A program made the position numbers and the translations under genes. Of a stretch of DNA of 64,000 nt, positions 61,711 through 64,000 are shown piece after piece. This stretch comes from Candidatus Rokuibacteriota bacterium (lineage in GTDB: Bacteria; Methylomirabilota; Methylomirabilia; Rokubacteriales; CSP1-6): assembly GCA_016200085.1 (NCBI GenBank), contig JACQFL010000028.1, forward strand, positions 26,809-90,808, written 5' to 3'. Position 1 is the stretch's first letter. Each line of letters begins with the position of its first letter. The notes beneath the pieces are model-generated. The model made no database searches. It had not been told where the DNA came from and saw nothing but the letters and a program-made list of their open reading frames with translations.

Positions 61711-62715
61711 ATGGGTGGGGACTGCTGCGCTCAGGAGGGCCACGGGGCCGGGGACGCCCGCTTCGACATCAAGAAGGTCGCCGAGGGCGTGCACCTGGCC
61801 TTCGCGGCGCCGGCCTACAAGGTGAACTCCAACACCGCGATCATCGAGAGCGACGACGGCGTGGTCATCGTGGACACGCACTCCAAGCCCTCGGCCGCGC
61901 GCGTCATCGTCGACCGCCTGCGGGAGCTGACCCCGAAGCCCGTACGGTATGTCATCAACACGCACTTCCACTGGGACCACTGGCACGGCAACGAGGTCTA
62001 CCCGGCGGCGTATCCGGGCGCCGAGATCGTGACCAACCAGATCACGCGCGAGGCCATGCTCCGGAAGGGGCTCAAGCGCATCCAGGATCACGTCCGCCAG
62101 GTCCCGGCCGAGATCGCGACGCTCGAGGCCGACCTCGCGGCGGCCACCGGCGCCGGGCAGCGCGCGAAGCTCGAGCACGATCTGCGCATGGCTCGGTCCT
62201 ATCTCGCCGAGGTCAAGGGTCTCAAGCCGGCGCTGCCGACGATCGCCTTCGAGCAGACCATGAAGATCTACCGGCGCGACCGCGAGATCCACCTGCTCCA
62301 CCTGGGCCGCGCCCACACCGAGGGCGACGTGTTCGTCCATCTGCCGCGCGAGAAGGTGGTCATCACCGGGGATGCCCTCATCGGCTGGACGCCGTACATG
62401 GGCGACGGCTATCCGGAGGAGTGGGTCGGCACGCTCGATCGCCTGGCGCAGCTCGATTTCACCCACATCATCATGGGGCACGGGGACGTGGTGGGACGGG
62501 AATGGCTCGCCACCTTCCGCGGCTACGTCCACGATCTTGTCGAGGCCGTGCGTCGGGAGGCGGCGACCGGGGCCCCGCTCGACGAGGTCAAGCAGCGCGT
62601 GCCGGCCGCCCTGGCGCCCGCCTACGAGAAACCCTTCTCACGCTACGGGGATTACCGGCCCTGGCGGCAGCAGATCCTCGGCAACATCGAGCGGACGTTC
62701 GCGCAGGTCGGCTGA
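61711..62715 (+). CDS. MBL-fold metallo-hydrolase
   Basis: NTHFHWDHWHGN, AHTEGD, TGD, MGHG. Confidence 0.9.
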   Translation: MGGDCCAQEGHGAGDARFDIKKVAEGVHLAFAAPAYKVNSNTAIIESDDGVVIVDTHSKPSAARVIVDRLRELTPKPVRYVINTHFHWDHWHGNEVYPAAYPGAEIVTNQITREAMLRKGLKRIQDHVRQVPAEIATLEADLAAATGAGQRAKLEHDLRMARSYLAEVKGLKPALPTIAFEQTMKIYRRDREIHLLHLGRAHTEGDVFVHLPREKVVITGDALIGWTPYMGDGYPEEWVGTLDRLAQLDFTHIIMGHGDVVGREWLATFRGYVHDLVEAVRREAATGAPLDEVKQRVPAALAPAYEKPFSRYGDYRPWRQQILGNIERTFAQVG

Positions 62716-62774
62716 GGCGGTGAGCAGCGCGCCGCCCGGGGGTGCGGTGTCTCCCCGGGCGGCGGGATCGGGCG

Positions 62775-63362
62775 CTACTTGTAGGGGCCCGGGGGCGGCG
62801 GAGGCGGCAGCCCTGGCGGCGGCAGCGGCATGTCCGGCGGAGGCGGCGGCGCGTTGCCGGGCGGCGGCGGGGGTGGTGGCGGCGGCGGCGCGCTGGACGA
62901 ATACGCCGCGGGACGCGAGCCCCGCGCCACGGGGATCTGGTTGCCCTTGGCGTACATGCACTGCATGTAGGCGCTGTCGTAGCGCCGCTGGACCGCGACG
63001 TACGACGTCTGGGCGTTGCTCGCGCCCACGGCGGTTCCGAACACCAGGCCGGTACCTCCGCCGATGGCCGCGCCAAGCCCCGGGTTGTGGGCGATGGCGC
63101 CCAGCGCCGCACCCGCGGCGGCTCCCAGGAGCGTGCCGATCGCTGCCCCTCCCACCGCGCTGTCGGTAGCGGCCTTGCCAGGGGTCGTGCCGGTCTGCTG
63201 TGCGGCGAACTGACGACACGCCGCGTCGTCGAACTGGAACTGCTCGAACGCCTTGCCGTTGCCGGGCAGCACCATCACGCTCGGGCCCTTCGGCACGGTC
63301 GCGCACGCCGTCACCGCAAGGCCGATCACCAGCGGGATGACCACCGACTTGAGGCGCATCAC
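62775..63362 (-). CDS. Glycine-zipper lipoprotein with poly-Pro tail
   Basis: LAVTAC lipobox, GAAAGAALG zipper, YMQCMYAKGNQIP. Confidence 0.88.
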   Translation of the reverse strand: MMRLKSVVIPLVIGLAVTACATVPKGPSVMVLPGNGKAFEQFQFDDAACRQFAAQQTGTTPGKAATDSAVGGAAIGTLLGAAAGAALGAIAHNPGLGAAIGGGTGLVFGTAVGASNAQTSYVAVQRRYDSAYMQCMYAKGNQIPVARGSRPAAYSSSAPPPPPPPPPPGNAPPPPPDMPLPPPGLPPPPPPGPYK

Positions 63363-63390
63363 GCGATCCCCTTCCCTGGCTTCCCGATGG

Positions 63391-63795
63391 CTATGGCCGC
63401 GGGGGAACCTTGATCCACGGCTCGGGGCAGCTCGGGACCGACGGGTAGTAGCCGCTGGCGCTCTGACAGAAGTACCAGAACATCTGCGCGGCCGCCGGCG
63501 GTGCGGGCAGCGGGGGCGCAGGGGCCGGCTGCTGCACGTACACCGGAGGCTCCTGGATGACCACGGGCGGCGGCGTATAGACGGGGGCGTAGACGTACGG
63601 CGGCGGGTAGTACCAGTAGGGGTACGCGTAAGGGTACGGGTAGGGGTACGGATACGGCCCCCACCAACCCGGCCCGACCCCGATGAAGACGCGCGCCGCG
63701 GGCCGTCCGTGCCAGCGCGATGAGGCCTCGCCGTGCGGCGCCAGGGTGAGAAGCAGTGCGAGCGCGACGACGACGACCGCCACTGTTTTTCTCAT
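63391..63795 (-). CDS. Secreted Pro/Tyr-rich protein
   Basis: Signal peptide, YP repeats, WYFC...GYYPSVPSCPEPWIKV. Confidence 0.8.
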   Translation of the reverse strand: MRKTVAVVVVALALLLTLAPHGEASSRWHGRPAARVFIGVGPGWWGPYPYPYPYPYAYPYWYYPPPYVYAPVYTPPPVVIQEPPVYVQQPAPAPPLPAPPAAAQMFWYFCQSASGYYPSVPSCPEPWIKVPPRP

Positions 63796-63932
63796 GCGCC
63801 ACCTCACGTTCCCTACGACGGGCTTCTCCGCGAGTGTATTCATTATAACGCTGGCGCCTGTCAGGGCCAACTGGCCCGTGACCCGGACGGTTCCGGGCGT
63901 TGGCATATAATGGCGGCCGACAGGAGGCAGGC

Positions 63933-64000
63933 ATGACAGCGAAGAAAGTCCTGTTCGTCGGCGCCGGGGCCATCGGCAGCTACCTGGGCTCGTTCCTGTG
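63933..64000 (+). CDS. Ketopantoate reductase family protein, N-terminus (truncated by window edge)
   Basis: AGGAGG RBS; MTAKKVLFVGAGAIGSYLG Rossmann motif. Confidence 0.65.
   Translation, partial: MTAKKVLFVGAGAIGSYLGSFL

Noticed and set aside
62775-63660. Short tandem repeats in the two Pro-rich genes as contingency loci
   Set aside because: They are imperfect codon-level repeats encoding poly-Pro and Tyr-Pro, with synonymous variation.

Overview
GC-rich (roughly 70%) bacterial chromosomal window of about 60 genes. Gene content and intergenic hairpin style suggest Candidatus Rokubacteria/Methylomirabilota (inference only). It starts with the end of coaX, then an accessory block (about 0.3-16.7 kb) with a ~2,800-aa cyclic beta-1,2-glucan synthase, a FixL/FixJ-like two-component cluster and two pseudogenes. 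Next come a GntR regulator divergent from groES-groEL with twin operators and no CIRCE, and a desaturase/RRM pair. Core genes follow: guaB3-guaA-dnaE (with a 421-aa LAGLIDADG intein)-accA, a SorC-type regulator divergent from an unusually long FBP aldolase/phosphatase, and a miaB...paaK-paaA operon. The rest is assorted metabolic and envelope genes. The most unusual signal is non-coding: three copies (29.3, 40.9, 41.2 kb) of a conserved ~70-nt core, each clamped by its own 33-42 bp GC-rich inverted arms. The arms differ between copies but stay self-complementary. No tRNA, rRNA, CRISPR array, integrase or transposase was seen. Protein calls come from motifs recognised by eye, not database searches.
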